Positions 33,132 to 43,267 of a stretch of DNA of 64,000 nucleotides are shown in pieces (position 1 is the first letter of the stretch; every line of letters begins with the position of its first letter). This DNA is from Barthelona sp. PCE (taxonomy: Eukaryota), in assembly GCA_040285745.1 (NCBI GenBank), contig JAUFOR010000002.1:1-64000 (forward strand), read 5' to 3'. The position numbers and the translations under genes were made by a program. Under the pieces are notes generated by a model. That model saw only the letters and a program-made list of their open reading frames with translations. It was not told the DNA's origin and did no database searches.

Positions 33132-34955
33132 CTACTGGAAAGACCACATACAAATTGCACCGTCCAAACCGACTGAAACCCACTTGTTCTGACCTAAGCT
33201 CACGATTCCAGTGATACGATGGCCATGTCCAGTACCATAAGAAGTTAGTTCAGCGGTTGTGAACGAGAAAACTCTGATACGCCCGTCTGAACAACCAACT
33301 ATGTACTTACTGTTGTCCTCATGCAGCTTAATGGCAGTGGGAAGCACTCCAGCTTCCAACTCAATCGCATCAATCATGCCTGTCTTGGTGATGTCCCAGT
33401 AACCAATTCGACCATCGCCTGACGCCGTGAGAATCGTTTTCTGGTCTCTGCACAGTTCAAGGCCGTAGATAGCACCCTGTGGTATACTGTGAATTGAGAT
33501 GCGGCGGTATGCCTCGAGATCCCACAATATAAATTGGGCATCCGAGCTGCTCGTGAGGGCGTACTTTTTGTCTGCAAACAGAGAAATGCTTGTGATTGGC
33601 ATGGTGTGCTCGTGGATGCTCGCCAGCATTCTTTGTTGTCGAACATCCCATACGCGGAACGTGCCGCTGGCATCACCACTAAGAAGGTGGCGCTTATCCA
33701 TGACTAGAAGGGCAGTAACCGGGCTTGTGTGCGCCTTATCTATGACCCAAATATGCTCTCCGGTGAGGGTGTCGTGCCCGCGAATAGATCCATCAGTGCA
33801 GCCAACAAATGCCACGGTTTGTCCAAGAGCGACGCAATGGCCCTCAGCCTGGAGGTATCCGCAGGAAAGCATTCTCATGGCGTCGTCCCAGACACGCACA
33901 GTCCCATCTTTGGAGACGGTGGCGAAGTTATTACCCATAGAGGACACATCGTAGATTTCATCGGAGTGGTTGTGTGAGAGAACGCTCACAGGGAACTGTG
34001 ACGCTGTAGTGGGGGACACATCGACGTATACGACCTCACCTGTGCTCGTCGTCGCCAACATCTGACACGTACCGAGGATGTCGCATGAACAGATGGGGTT
34101 CCCTAGCTGCTGGACAGACACCTCAAAGAACTGCACACCGTCACCAGACCAGAAGCGGATGGTACCGTCAACACTACCAACATAAAATCCTGCTGATGTA
34201 ATGTCTTTGTCTTCACCTGGCAGGACTGACTGGATGAGGGTGCTCGAGACCTGCAGTGTCTGGGACACCCTGCGGCTGGGAATATCGATCACATACACGT
34301 CGCCGGAAGAAGTACCGGCGTATATACGAAGACAATCGAGTGAGATACAACCTGCTGTGAAATCTCGACCGCGCATGATGGAGTGATCAATGTCAACGTC
34401 CAGTGAGCCCTCCTGTGGATCAAATGTAAGGAATACAAACTGCACACCAAGTAGCGCGATTAAAAATTGGTTTGTGGGACGTCTCTTAAGGTCACGGACG
34501 CGATCTACCCATAGGATATCGTTAATCTGCAAACGGTCGAAACGGCGATGCGCTACGATGGTTCCGTTGCTGATATTCCATACAATAAGGTGAGAATCGT
34601 CACTAACACCGTAACTGATAAGAAAAGGCCCTTCTGATGAAAATGTAAGCGCACTGATGCCGAAATCATGTTCCTCGAAGCGATACATCATCTGATTGGT
34701 GACTAAATCCCACACAATAACATCAGAGTTCTGACCAATTTGGCCAGTCGCGCAATAACGACCCGATGGATCCACCGCAATGCAGCTGATGGGTCCGTCG
34801 TGCCCCCTGAAGAAGATTTTATCGCTAGAATCATTGATATTACTCATCACGAGACTATTACCCAAACTATACACGTAATGCAAACCGTCTGGGAGAAGTT
34901 TGATTGTGTCGCTGTACACTCCCGAGCAGCCAACAACGTTCTGAAGTGAAATCAT
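33132..34955 (-). CDS. CFAP52: Cilia- and flagella-associated WD40 protein CFAP52/WDR16-like
   Basis: LQNVVG..VYSLG..FFRGHD..ATGQ..DVIVWD; TVSKDGTVRVWD; GHGHRIT..VSVGLDGAICMW; likely start MISLQ. Confidence 0.8.
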   Translation of the reverse strand: MISLQNVVGCSGVYSDTIKLLPDGLHYVYSLGNSLVMSNINDSSDKIFFRGHDGPISCIAVDPSGRYCATGQIGQNSDVIVWDLVTNQMMYRFEEHDFGISALTFSSEGPFLISYGVSDDSHLIVWNISNGTIVAHRRFDRLQINDILWVDRVRDLKRRPTNQFLIALLGVQFVFLTFDPQEGSLDVDIDHSIMRGRDFTAGCISLDCLRIYAGTSSGDVYVIDIPSRRVSQTLQVSSTLIQSVLPGEDKDITSAGFYVGSVDGTIRFWSGDGVQFFEVSVQQLGNPICSCDILGTCQMLATTSTGEVVYVDVSPTTASQFPVSVLSHNHSDEIYDVSSMGNNFATVSKDGTVRVWDDAMRMLSCGYLQAEGHCVALGQTVAFVGCTDGSIRGHDTLTGEHIWVIDKAHTSPVTALLVMDKRHLLSGDASGTFRVWDVRQQRMLASIHEHTMPITSISLFADKKYALTSSSDAQFILWDLEAYRRISIHSIPQGAIYGLELCRDQKTILTASGDGRIGYWDITKTGMIDAIELEAGVLPTAIKLHEDNSKYIVGCSDGRIRVFSFTTAELTSYGTGHGHRITGIVSLGQNKWVSVGLDGAICMWSFQ

Positions 34956-35159
34956 TTGAAATAGGGGATACAAAACAAAAGCGCTCAAAAATGATGAAAG
35001 TATCTTTTTATTATCGTTTAGGGGTGTGTTAATGGGTAAAAATGTCAGCAATCCTATTAAAAACAGTTGAAAAACAGTATATGTTAAGCTGAAATCATTG
35101 ATTGAACAGGTTGGTGCGTTCATTGATTGTGTGATTAATTGATGTAGATTAGGATGCTA

Positions 35160-36230
35160 TTATTGTCTGAAAGCGCATCCATTAATTACTATAACTGCAT
35201 GATCGTCTAATTGTTCAACTTGGACTTCTACATTAGGAAGAAACGCTTCTACAGTTAATATTGCTGTTCTGATATGGTTAGTAATGCGCACGACACTGAA
35301 GCGCGTCGTGCCTGCAGCTAGAGCAGCGTACATTATTATATTATCTGCTGTATTGACATCAAGAAAGCCATCATTAGCAGCCGCATCAAATTCATCAAAC
35401 AATGCAGGAATGCACTCTGGGGAGACGCCCAGCGCTGCTTTGTACGCTGGACCACTGATCTCTAGACAGACGGTCGGCTTCTTCCGATCGATGCGTTTTG
35501 GGTTTCTTACAATATTATCTTGTATTTGTAATTCAGCCTCCCAACCTCTGTTTTCAATTTCAGCTCGCACAGCCTCCACAATTGCCGTGTCGGAGGCAAG
35601 GGAGAAGTATAAATTAACATTTTTAGTTATTTGCTTATTAAAAATGTGAAAATCAAATCCTTTTAGTTTTTCTGCAGTTTCAACACTGAACGATGCCCGA
35701 GCACCACCACGTGGATAGAAACCATGGCGATGCAACGTGCTTTTAACTGTAACATCTTCTAAAAACATTTTTAAAACTGAATTGATGAAAAAATCTGAAA
35801 AAAAACTAAATGGAGGTGAAAAAGATACTATTGATCCTCCCTGAAGTTCCAATGTGGGCGGATTCTCCACAAAAACCATAAAAGGAAGGAAACTCTGGAT
35901 CATCAACGCAATACTAGAAGCAGAATTTGACTTGAGATCACAACGATCAGGTACAGAGTATTCACCTTCAGCAGGCTCAAAAACAAGAGTCTTAGAACCA
36001 ACTGCTATGTTATCACCTTCAATAGTACTTGCAGTAGCCCTAAAAGTTCTGGTAAATGTGTTCACTACCGTTAAATGTTGTTTTGCAAGTCCCTGATTCG
36101 GTCTTGTCTTACGGATATCGGTCATGACGAATGGTGTTCCAGTCAAAATGCTTAGAACAACTGAATTTCTTAGAATTTGTCCCCCACCTTCTCCACCATC
36201 TATTTTAACGTATCCTTCGTTTGCTTCCAT
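35160..36230 (-). CDS. RTCA: RNA 3'-terminal phosphate cyclase
   Basis: IDGGEGGGQILR, IRxxRPNxGLAxQHL, HGFYPRGG; catalytic His retained in TNHIRT (argues against Rcl1). Confidence 0.9.
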   Translation of the reverse strand: MEANEGYVKIDGGEGGGQILRNSVVLSILTGTPFVMTDIRKTRPNQGLAKQHLTVVNTFTRTFRATASTIEGDNIAVGSKTLVFEPAEGEYSVPDRCDLKSNSASSIALMIQSFLPFMVFVENPPTLELQGGSIVSFSPPFSFFSDFFINSVLKMFLEDVTVKSTLHRHGFYPRGGARASFSVETAEKLKGFDFHIFNKQITKNVNLYFSLASDTAIVEAVRAEIENRGWEAELQIQDNIVRNPKRIDRKKPTVCLEISGPAYKAALGVSPECIPALFDEFDAAANDGFLDVNTADNIIMYAALAAGTTRFSVVRITNHIRTAILTVEAFLPNVEVQVEQLDDHAVIVINGCAFRQ

Positions 36231-36382
36231 CGAATTTAAATGTCAAAAAAATTAAAAACCTGAATGAAAGAGCGGGAATATAAGTAATTGAGGTTTGTTC
36301 CTTTGATCCTTTTTTGATGTCTTAAAAAGACTTTTCAGAAAATGTTCTGATGGATTAAAGTATTATTTCACAAACATTTACA

Positions 36383-36873
36383 TTAATCAAAGGTCATAAG
36401 CTGAACTTCAACACCCTTAATACGGTTTAACTTAGAGAAGGCCTTGGCAATGAGACTCTGCTTGGTATCATCAAGAGAGAGTAAGATAACACCACTGGGG
36501 CTGCAAGCACCATCCTCGTTAGAGTGAAGACCAACTCTGGTGTTAATAGCACAACCAGACTTGCTCAAAACTTCGTTAACAGCAGGAACAGACTTCTTGC
36601 GGTCAGCAATGTGGATACCCATGATGGTAGAGGGAATATTACGATAGACGTCCCTGAATATTAGCTTAATAAAAAAAGAATTTGCATTAATATGAATCAG
36701 TGCTGACCAAGCATTTTAAAAGTATAAATTTAACACTGATCCTCTGTGAATACAAATATATCATTCAATCTATGAAAAAGAAAAACAAACATTTCTAGCT
36801 ACAGCAGTAAAGCTCTAGCTCAAAATATATATGTTATTCAAGAAAGATTGTAGATGTTTAACCAAACATACAT
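36383..36873 (-). CDS. TM1266-like ('iron-only hydrogenase system regulator'-like) small ACT/ferredoxin-fold protein, 90 aa; exon 1 coding part is only 'AT' (36873-36872), exon 2 is 36653-36383
   Basis: IMGIHIADR..VNEVLSKSGCAINTRVGLH..CSPSGVILL..KLNRIKGVEVQLMTF matches a bacterial family from anaerobes. Splicing 36871-36654 creates AT^G GAC GTC.. in frame. Confidence 0.75.
36654..36871 (-). other. Spliceosomal intron, 218 nt, splitting the start codon
   Basis: GTATGT donor; GCTAATATTCAG fused branch point/acceptor. Confidence 0.75.
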
Positions 36874-37111
36874 GTTTAAAGATATGAATGAAGGTTTAAT
36901 ATAGAATATGAGTTTTTTTCCTTCAGTTTCCTTCTCTGTTTATATCTGTCGATTGAATGGATGCTTTGCTACGACTTCAAGCCTGTAGTACAAAACGTAT
37001 CTCCACAATATCATGCTATATCAATTTTATTGCTTGTTATTGTAAATCTAGAATTATTTTGCTTTTTAAGTATAAAGAGAAATGTACAGAAGGCGAAATT
37101 CGATTACAGTC

Positions 37112-37450
37112 TCAGTCAAATGCGAACATCTCTTCTTCATCATTATCCTCTGGTTGTTGGATATCAAATGAACTAGGTTCAGGGTTATTTGCCCTCTGTG
37201 TGTCGGTGAAATGGGTTGAACTATTGATTAATGAACCTGAATCTACATAAGAGTCAGGAATCGTTGTGGGATTCTGAGGTCTGGTCATATTAGTGTTGCT
37301 ATCCCATTGATTGTATCCAGGAAATTGGACATTGTGTATATCTTCGATTAATGATCCGATTGGAATGCTCCCTGAACCAGTCATAGAGTTAGAATTATGT
37401 GTTGAAGCACTCATCGAAAACACATCTGTGGTGGGCCATACGCGTGACAT
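37112..37450 (-). CDS. Small low-complexity hypothetical protein (~112 aa)
   Basis: Likely start MSRVWP; S/N/T-rich; ends DNDEEEMFAFD. Confidence 0.55.
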   Translation of the reverse strand: MSRVWPTTDVFSMSASTHNSNSMTGSGSIPIGSLIEDIHNVQFPGYNQWDSNTNMTRPQNPTTIPDSYVDSGSLINSSTHFTDTQRANNPEPSSFDIQQPEDNDEEEMFAFD

Positions 37451-37686
37451 TGTGTGATTTGTGTCGAAGTAAAGACAGTAATAAGTCAAAAATCGTGTAA
37501 TGGTACTTATTTGGGAAAACAGTTTTAAACTCCCAGTAAAACACATTATCTGCATGTAAAAAGATTTAAAAAGGAGCATAAAACGCACAAATGATATTCT
37601 TATAGCTTTAATCGGAAGGATTTATTGTTTTCGAAATCACTCCCTTTTCCAAGCACCCAACGGTTGTTTACACACCTAAAACAGCT

Positions 37687-38718
37687 ATGAGTGTACTTTA
37701 TAGGCCTTCAGAATCAGCTAAGGATTTGATTCCATACTCGGGAAATTTTTTATTTGATAAAAACAGTGTAACATTCGCCTATGGTAAAAGATGCAGCATC
37801 AGACTACTTGAGCTACTCTTGAATGAAAGGCTCAGTGTTGAAACTCGTCACGATGCTGCAATACTCTTAAGTTCCGAAATTATGCATCAAGAAACTAAGT
37901 TCCAGATTATCCAAGCCAATGGGCTTGAGAGCTTGATCGACATACTGCATAAACCGTTGGGCTTTTTGCTGAAAACGCGAATATTTGAAATTTTGGCACA
38001 GCTCGTACTTTTACCTCAGGGTGTCACACATCTCGATGAAAGTGGTCGTTTGTTGGATCTGTTTGAGTTTGTCAAGATGGAAGGTGATAACATAGATCTT
38101 GCAGTAACGGCTGCATCGTTTTTTTCCAGTTTGGCAGTCACAATGCGAGGCCATGAGCTCATTTTATCAGCACAGATAGTACGCTATGCAGTGCCCTTTA
38201 TACACGCGGATGCAAACGTTACGGGACCAATTCTTCGTATGATCATAGAACTGAGTCACTACAAAGAAACCCAGGAGCAGCTTTTGCGCTCCAAGTTTGT
38301 AACTCGTGTTATCGATATGATTGACTACCCGCACTACGCTGTGTGGTGTCTGAGATGTCTGGCGAACGTATGTCATACTCAAGAGGGAAGACTGCAGTGT
38401 TTGTACGGTGACATACTTGATGAGTCCATGAAGTTGGTGAACACAAACAGTGCCGAGGTTCGATTCGCACTATGTGAGTTTTTCTCACAGTTTTTTATAG
38501 AGTTAAGGGTGAAACAGAAGCTACACTCTTTCAAGGACGAATTGCTTTTACTGTATTTTGAGTTTGCAGAGCCTATCAAGACTTTGGCACGTTTGAGCTT
38601 GCAACATGCCCTTGAAGTAACAGAGATAAGGGAATTTTTCAGGCAATCCATCCCATTTGATGATTGGAAGGATCTATGTGCCAAATATCTGTCAGAAAAT
38701 TCTTTCGAGGAAGAATGA
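37687..38718 (+). CDS. RSPH14: Radial spoke head 14 (ARM repeat)
   Basis: DKNSVTFAYGKR..RLLELL (family TxAYGxRAxPKL) followed by ARM repeats. Confidence 0.7.
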   Translation: MSVLYRPSESAKDLIPYSGNFLFDKNSVTFAYGKRCSIRLLELLLNERLSVETRHDAAILLSSEIMHQETKFQIIQANGLESLIDILHKPLGFLLKTRIFEILAQLVLLPQGVTHLDESGRLLDLFEFVKMEGDNIDLAVTAASFFSSLAVTMRGHELILSAQIVRYAVPFIHADANVTGPILRMIIELSHYKETQEQLLRSKFVTRVIDMIDYPHYAVWCLRCLANVCHTQEGRLQCLYGDILDESMKLVNTNSAEVRFALCEFFSQFFIELRVKQKLHSFKDELLLLYFEFAEPIKTLARLSLQHALEVTEIREFFRQSIPFDDWKDLCAKYLSENSFEEE

Positions 38719-38742
38719 TGTAAATTAACAATAGATTATTGA

Positions 38743-39729
38743 TTATGATACCTTTTCAGGCTCAACAATGGATGAAACAACAGTCATTTCGGTTGGTTTT
38801 ATCGCTGACCTCTCATTCTTGTTTCTTTGCAGATGATTCCCATACGCTACAATTACAACACCTACACATGTTCCAATGGCGAGATATATTTTGTACGCTG
38901 GAACGTTTATGTCCCTAATGATCTTTCCGAAAGCTAGTGCAAAGATTGGTTGCAGAATAACGGTGCTTCCCAAGAAGACTGGATGACATTTCGAGTTAAT
39001 GTAGGCCATGAGTGAATAGCTGATGAGCGTTGACAGAATACTCGCGTAGAGGATGGCGACAATAGCCGAAGAGTCCCTGAAATGCTCAACTCTGAATCCA
39101 TGCCCGAAAGCATACTGAGCAGCAATGAGTATTGGTACTGCTGACATGAACGTTGATGTGCTCAGGGGGAGCGGTAATGCCTCCACTTCACCCTCTTTCT
39201 CTGTCATGAATTTCTTCTGCAACACAAAAAATAGAGATACGCTGGCAGTTTGCGCCATGAAAACAACAACAGGGATAATATCTTCGTTCAAGGAAGTCAG
39301 GCGTTTGTAGTCGAAGAAAAGAGCGCAAGTGAACACAACAAAGACACCAACAACCAACTGGATGTTTGGTCGCGACTTGTTGGCACAAATTGAAAAGAAA
39401 AATGTAAAAACAGGAATCATTGACTGCATAACAGTGCTTAACCGGCTATCCGACTGAGAAAGGCCAATGAAAACCAAGCTTTGATTCAAAACAACACTGA
39501 AAATCATCAGGTGAATCGTACGAAGGGCAAATTTGACTTTGTAGCGTGCCCCGTATTTAATTTTTGTTGTAATGTAAAGGAGAATTGTCGCCAATAGAGT
39601 TCTGTATGCAACAAAGTCATATGATGTGAGCGTTTTGTTGATAGAAATTGGTTCCTCTGAAACAACGTGCAAACCTCCAAATTGAAGTTGAACAATGATT
39701 GCTAGAATATAAGGGTAGTACTTTTTCAT
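38743..39729 (-). CDS. EamA/DMT family transporter
   Basis: About 10 TM segments in two EamA halves; AYRTLLA, PVFTF, LQPIFA. Confidence 0.85.
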   Translation of the reverse strand: MKKYYPYILAIIVQLQFGGLHVVSEEPISINKTLTSYDFVAYRTLLATILLYITTKIKYGARYKVKFALRTIHLMIFSVVLNQSLVFIGLSQSDSRLSTVMQSMIPVFTFFFSICANKSRPNIQLVVGVFVVFTCALFFDYKRLTSLNEDIIPVVVFMAQTASVSLFFVLQKKFMTEKEGEVEALPLPLSTSTFMSAVPILIAAQYAFGHGFRVEHFRDSSAIVAILYASILSTLISYSLMAYINSKCHPVFLGSTVILQPIFALAFGKIIRDINVPAYKIYLAIGTCVGVVIVAYGNHLQRNKNERSAIKPTEMTVVSSIVEPEKVS

Positions 39730-39955
39730 TATGAACAAATGTAAAAAGGCCCGATAAAAGAGTGTTTCAGAAAACAAGGAACTTTGTTGTCAATGTGTTT
39801 CTTAACCACATGTTTAGAACGCTATGATGTATATTAGAGATTGGTACATACTCATAATAGGTACTCAATGTGGTATTACCAATTTTTACCTCATTCATAC
39901 ACTTTGCTTTTAAATAGCACTTTTATTTTTTGTATAGAAACACTCACATAACAAA

Positions 39956-41068
39956 ATGGGCAAGAAAAATGGAGGTGGCAAGCCAAAGAAAATGAACTCT
40001 AAAGACCAGAAAAAACAAGTTGAAGAAAGACTGTTAGCACAGTTTGGAAAGAAGAAGAACAGTCGTAAGGCTCGTATGGCACGTGAACAGATAACTAGAG
40101 AAGTAGCAGCTAAATCGCGAGGAATGACTAGTGGTTCACTAGATTTAGAAGCTGAAAAGGCAAGAAAGCGTGCTGAAAAGGAGAGGCAAAAGCGCGAGAG
40201 AGCATTTGCACGTATTAATGAGCTCATTGAGCAACCAAAAGTACCAGAGGGACAGGATGCGCAGGATTTCTTGTGTGCCTACATAGCAAAGGGTAAGACA
40301 TGTCCTCAGGGGAGCAAGTGTCACTATTCACATGATGTTGAGAAATTCCGCGCGGCCAAGAAGGAGAAGAGCTCATCACACGTCAAGGTCAATCTTTCAG
40401 TCGATATTCGTACACAACGAATGGAGGAGCTAAAGGCCCAGCTAAACAACGCAGAGAAGACCAGCAGTCAACACTGGGACAGGGACACCCTTGAGCAGGT
40501 CATCGAGCAGCAGTATTCCCGCAGAAATCAATATTTGAGGAGCAAGAAGGTTTGTCCTTGCTTTTTGGACGCAGTGAAAAAGAACCAGTTCGGATGGTTC
40601 TGGGAGTGTGTGCGTGGAAACGACTGCCCTTATTTGCATGCTTTCCCCCCTGGCTATGATATGCCAGGCCAGAAGAAGCAAGAAGAGAAGGTGGAGATCC
40701 CACTAGAAGAAATTATCGAGGCTGAGCGAGAGAAAATTGTAGACGGTACTCCAATGACGCAAGAGGTGTTTTCACAATGGAAAGAGCAGCGTGTTGCTGA
40801 GAAGCGTGCCCGAACAGAACGTGAAGTCAAAAAAGAGGTCAAGAAGGCCAAGAGGGGAAAGGAATACAAAATTAGTGGAAGGCTGCAGTGGTTCCTTCAG
40901 ATCTCAGACAGATCAATAGGCAGTACAGGAGTAAGCAAGGAGGAGCTCGAGGAGAATCTCAAGGCTGAAATGGCAGCACAGGAACAACTAGTTGCTCCAG
41001 CTGTTGCACCCGTTGTTGAGCCCGTTGTTGAATCAGTTGCGGAAGATTCCAAAGCCGAGGCCGAATAA
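39956..41068 (+). CDS. ZC3H15: CCCH zinc finger protein 15 / Tma46 / DFRP1
   Basis: Two CCCH fingers, VCxxFLDAV..GWFWEC..CxYxHAxPPG, IPLEEIIEAER, SGR. Confidence 0.92.
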   Translation: MGKKNGGGKPKKMNSKDQKKQVEERLLAQFGKKKNSRKARMAREQITREVAAKSRGMTSGSLDLEAEKARKRAEKERQKRERAFARINELIEQPKVPEGQDAQDFLCAYIAKGKTCPQGSKCHYSHDVEKFRAAKKEKSSSHVKVNLSVDIRTQRMEELKAQLNNAEKTSSQHWDRDTLEQVIEQQYSRRNQYLRSKKVCPCFLDAVKKNQFGWFWECVRGNDCPYLHAFPPGYDMPGQKKQEEKVEIPLEEIIEAEREKIVDGTPMTQEVFSQWKEQRVAEKRARTEREVKKEVKKAKRGKEYKISGRLQWFLQISDRSIGSTGVSKEELEENLKAEMAAQEQLVAPAVAPVVEPVVESVAEDSKAEAE

Positions 41069-41085
41069 ACAGTTCAATGGTTGGT

Positions 41086-43164
41086 TTACTTCAACGGCTG
41101 CGGTAGGGACGTGTATGTTTGACCCGTAGGGGTCTCTAATGTCTGGAAAGAATTTGTTCGTTTCAGATTGGCTGCCCCTAATGTTGAAATCGTCGGTGTC
41201 GTCAATATTGTGTCATCCAGTCGCGGTGTTTCCTCATCCTCACTCGTCTCCACGTTCTCCTCAAGATCCTTTTCGATTATCTTCTCCAGTGAAGTCTTAG
41301 AAAAATCAATTCCGCTCCGATGGGCCTTTAACTGAGCCTTGACAAAGGAATACTGCGCTGTTCTAGCTGTGACCTCTGACATCGTATCACTCTCTATTGA
41401 TGCGATCTTGTCCTCGCTCACAGGCTGCCATCTGTTACCGAGCTTCATAATTGATACACCTAGCGCCACAAGATCAGAGTCAATACCCAACAGCTTCGCT
41501 CCCTTCTCACTTGTGATTTTGCGGACGCTTCTGTTGAAGTCCAGCTCAGTGTGGTTCATCACATGAAACGCCGATCCATGGGACACGCCCAAACTCGCTA
41601 GACTTGTCTCCAGAGAGCCTATAGCAACTTCCAAATCTGAGGCTCGGAAAATCATTCCGTCCAGGCCACTGCTCAACGTTTTATGAGAGTTCTTCAACTT
41701 ATAGGACGTTGCAGTGTGTTCTCGGACCAGTATCTGCTGAGCCTTGGTCTTGGATGTTAGATCCTTGATCTTCCCCTGTTCAGACTTCAAAGTACTGTTG
41801 TAGTTGTCCGCCATTGTTTGGTATTTTGTTTGAAATTCGTCAAATAACTCAAACATGTCCTTTAGCTGAAAGCTTATTGTGTTTCTCGCATCCGTCGTGG
41901 TTTGCTGCGTGAAATCAATGGCATGCTGGATGCTGCGCATGCCTGTGTTAGCTAGATGCTTGATTTGGCCTGAGACAGAGTTCTGGGCCAGCTGGATGTC
42001 GCTGATCGAGTTACTAATGAATGCAGACAGCTGCTTCACTCTCCGCTCCATATCTGCCGTATCAGCCTTCACGGTGTCGACGCTGAGGTCCTGTAGTGAA
42101 TCGATGATCGCCCTCTCCTTTGACGCAACGTCTGTGTTAATAACATCTGTGACGGCAGTCATACGTTCGTCCAGTTGTTTAACACGCTCTCCTAGTCGAC
42201 TATTTGCAGTTTCTGTCTCGTCAACAAGATTCTTGAGCAGTCGTGCCCTTTGCGTGTTAGTATTTTCCAGACTTTCGAATAAAGCGTCGCTCTTCCTATC
42301 CAAAACACTAGTGTACTCTTCGAAGGAAGGCAGCTGGGCCTTAATATCAATTGCAAGCTGCTGCAGCTCGGCGATTCGATCATCATGATCTGTCAGATGA
42401 TTTGAGTTTTTGGCAACCTGTCCGAATCGGTGCAAAGTTTCAAATTTCATTTTTATGAGTGCGTTTATAAGTTTAGTCAGCCGGGCGCTCAATGATACAA
42501 TGGCCTCTCCCCTCTTCAAATGCATATTAGGTAGCGGATAGCTCATTTTGGATAACTTCTCCTCGACTTCTTCATCTTTTTTCGTCACCTCCGGTTGAAA
42601 CAAGGACTCTTTTAATTTGAACCTAAACTTTGAGCTGCCCCGAGGGGTGGGTGCTCTGGCACCGAACGTCAAACTCTCATCATCAGGTAGATCAACAACG
42701 TCATACTCCATTGCGGATCTATGATCATCGAGTTGTTTCACAAACTCTGAGGGAGAAATAAAGCTCTGTGGGAAGTCACCGACATACAGATCCTTCATGG
42801 CCTCACTTTGGTCCTTTAGAATCGAACATAAATCATCAACGTTCGAAATTTTTTGGATATTATTCAAAAGCGATAAAAATGAAATTTTGCACTCGTCAGC
42901 CTTGGAATTAATGTTAGAAGACATCTTCACGGTGAAATCATCCACGGTGCCAAGGATCTGATTGCACAATTGATGTACTGACTGCACCTCCGGATCTTCC
43001 GCCATATGCCCATAGATTTTGTTGTCGAAGAAGTCGGTTATCGTGTTTAGCGAGTGAGCAAGGATCATCAAATCGTTAACAACACCCGTAGGAGTCACAG
43101 AAAAGGCCCTATCGTTTTCGTTAACCTCAATATGTGCAGTTCTGAATAAATGCCCAACGTCCAT
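41086..43164 (-). CDS. Hypothetical coiled-coil protein
   Basis: 692-aa intact ORF, heptad-rich. Confidence 0.8.
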   Translation of the reverse strand: MDVGHLFRTAHIEVNENDRAFSVTPTGVVNDLMILAHSLNTITDFFDNKIYGHMAEDPEVQSVHQLCNQILGTVDDFTVKMSSNINSKADECKISFLSLLNNIQKISNVDDLCSILKDQSEAMKDLYVGDFPQSFISPSEFVKQLDDHRSAMEYDVVDLPDDESLTFGARAPTPRGSSKFRFKLKESLFQPEVTKKDEEVEEKLSKMSYPLPNMHLKRGEAIVSLSARLTKLINALIKMKFETLHRFGQVAKNSNHLTDHDDRIAELQQLAIDIKAQLPSFEEYTSVLDRKSDALFESLENTNTQRARLLKNLVDETETANSRLGERVKQLDERMTAVTDVINTDVASKERAIIDSLQDLSVDTVKADTADMERRVKQLSAFISNSISDIQLAQNSVSGQIKHLANTGMRSIQHAIDFTQQTTTDARNTISFQLKDMFELFDEFQTKYQTMADNYNSTLKSEQGKIKDLTSKTKAQQILVREHTATSYKLKNSHKTLSSGLDGMIFRASDLEVAIGSLETSLASLGVSHGSAFHVMNHTELDFNRSVRKITSEKGAKLLGIDSDLVALGVSIMKLGNRWQPVSEDKIASIESDTMSEVTARTAQYSFVKAQLKAHRSGIDFSKTSLEKIIEKDLEENVETSEDEETPRLDDTILTTPTISTLGAANLKRTNSFQTLETPTGQTYTSLPQPLK

Positions 43165-43267
43165 CTCACATAGCCAGGTTACGCGCTGCGCTATAGAATA
43201 TACAACGACTAAAGAGAAGAATTTGGAATAGCAGGTGTTTCACATTTTCTCATCCATTTCAATACTA

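Noticed and set aside
37112-37450. 4E-BP-like identity from the C-terminal MFAFD (TOS-like)
   Set aside because: No canonical YxxxxL-phi motif.
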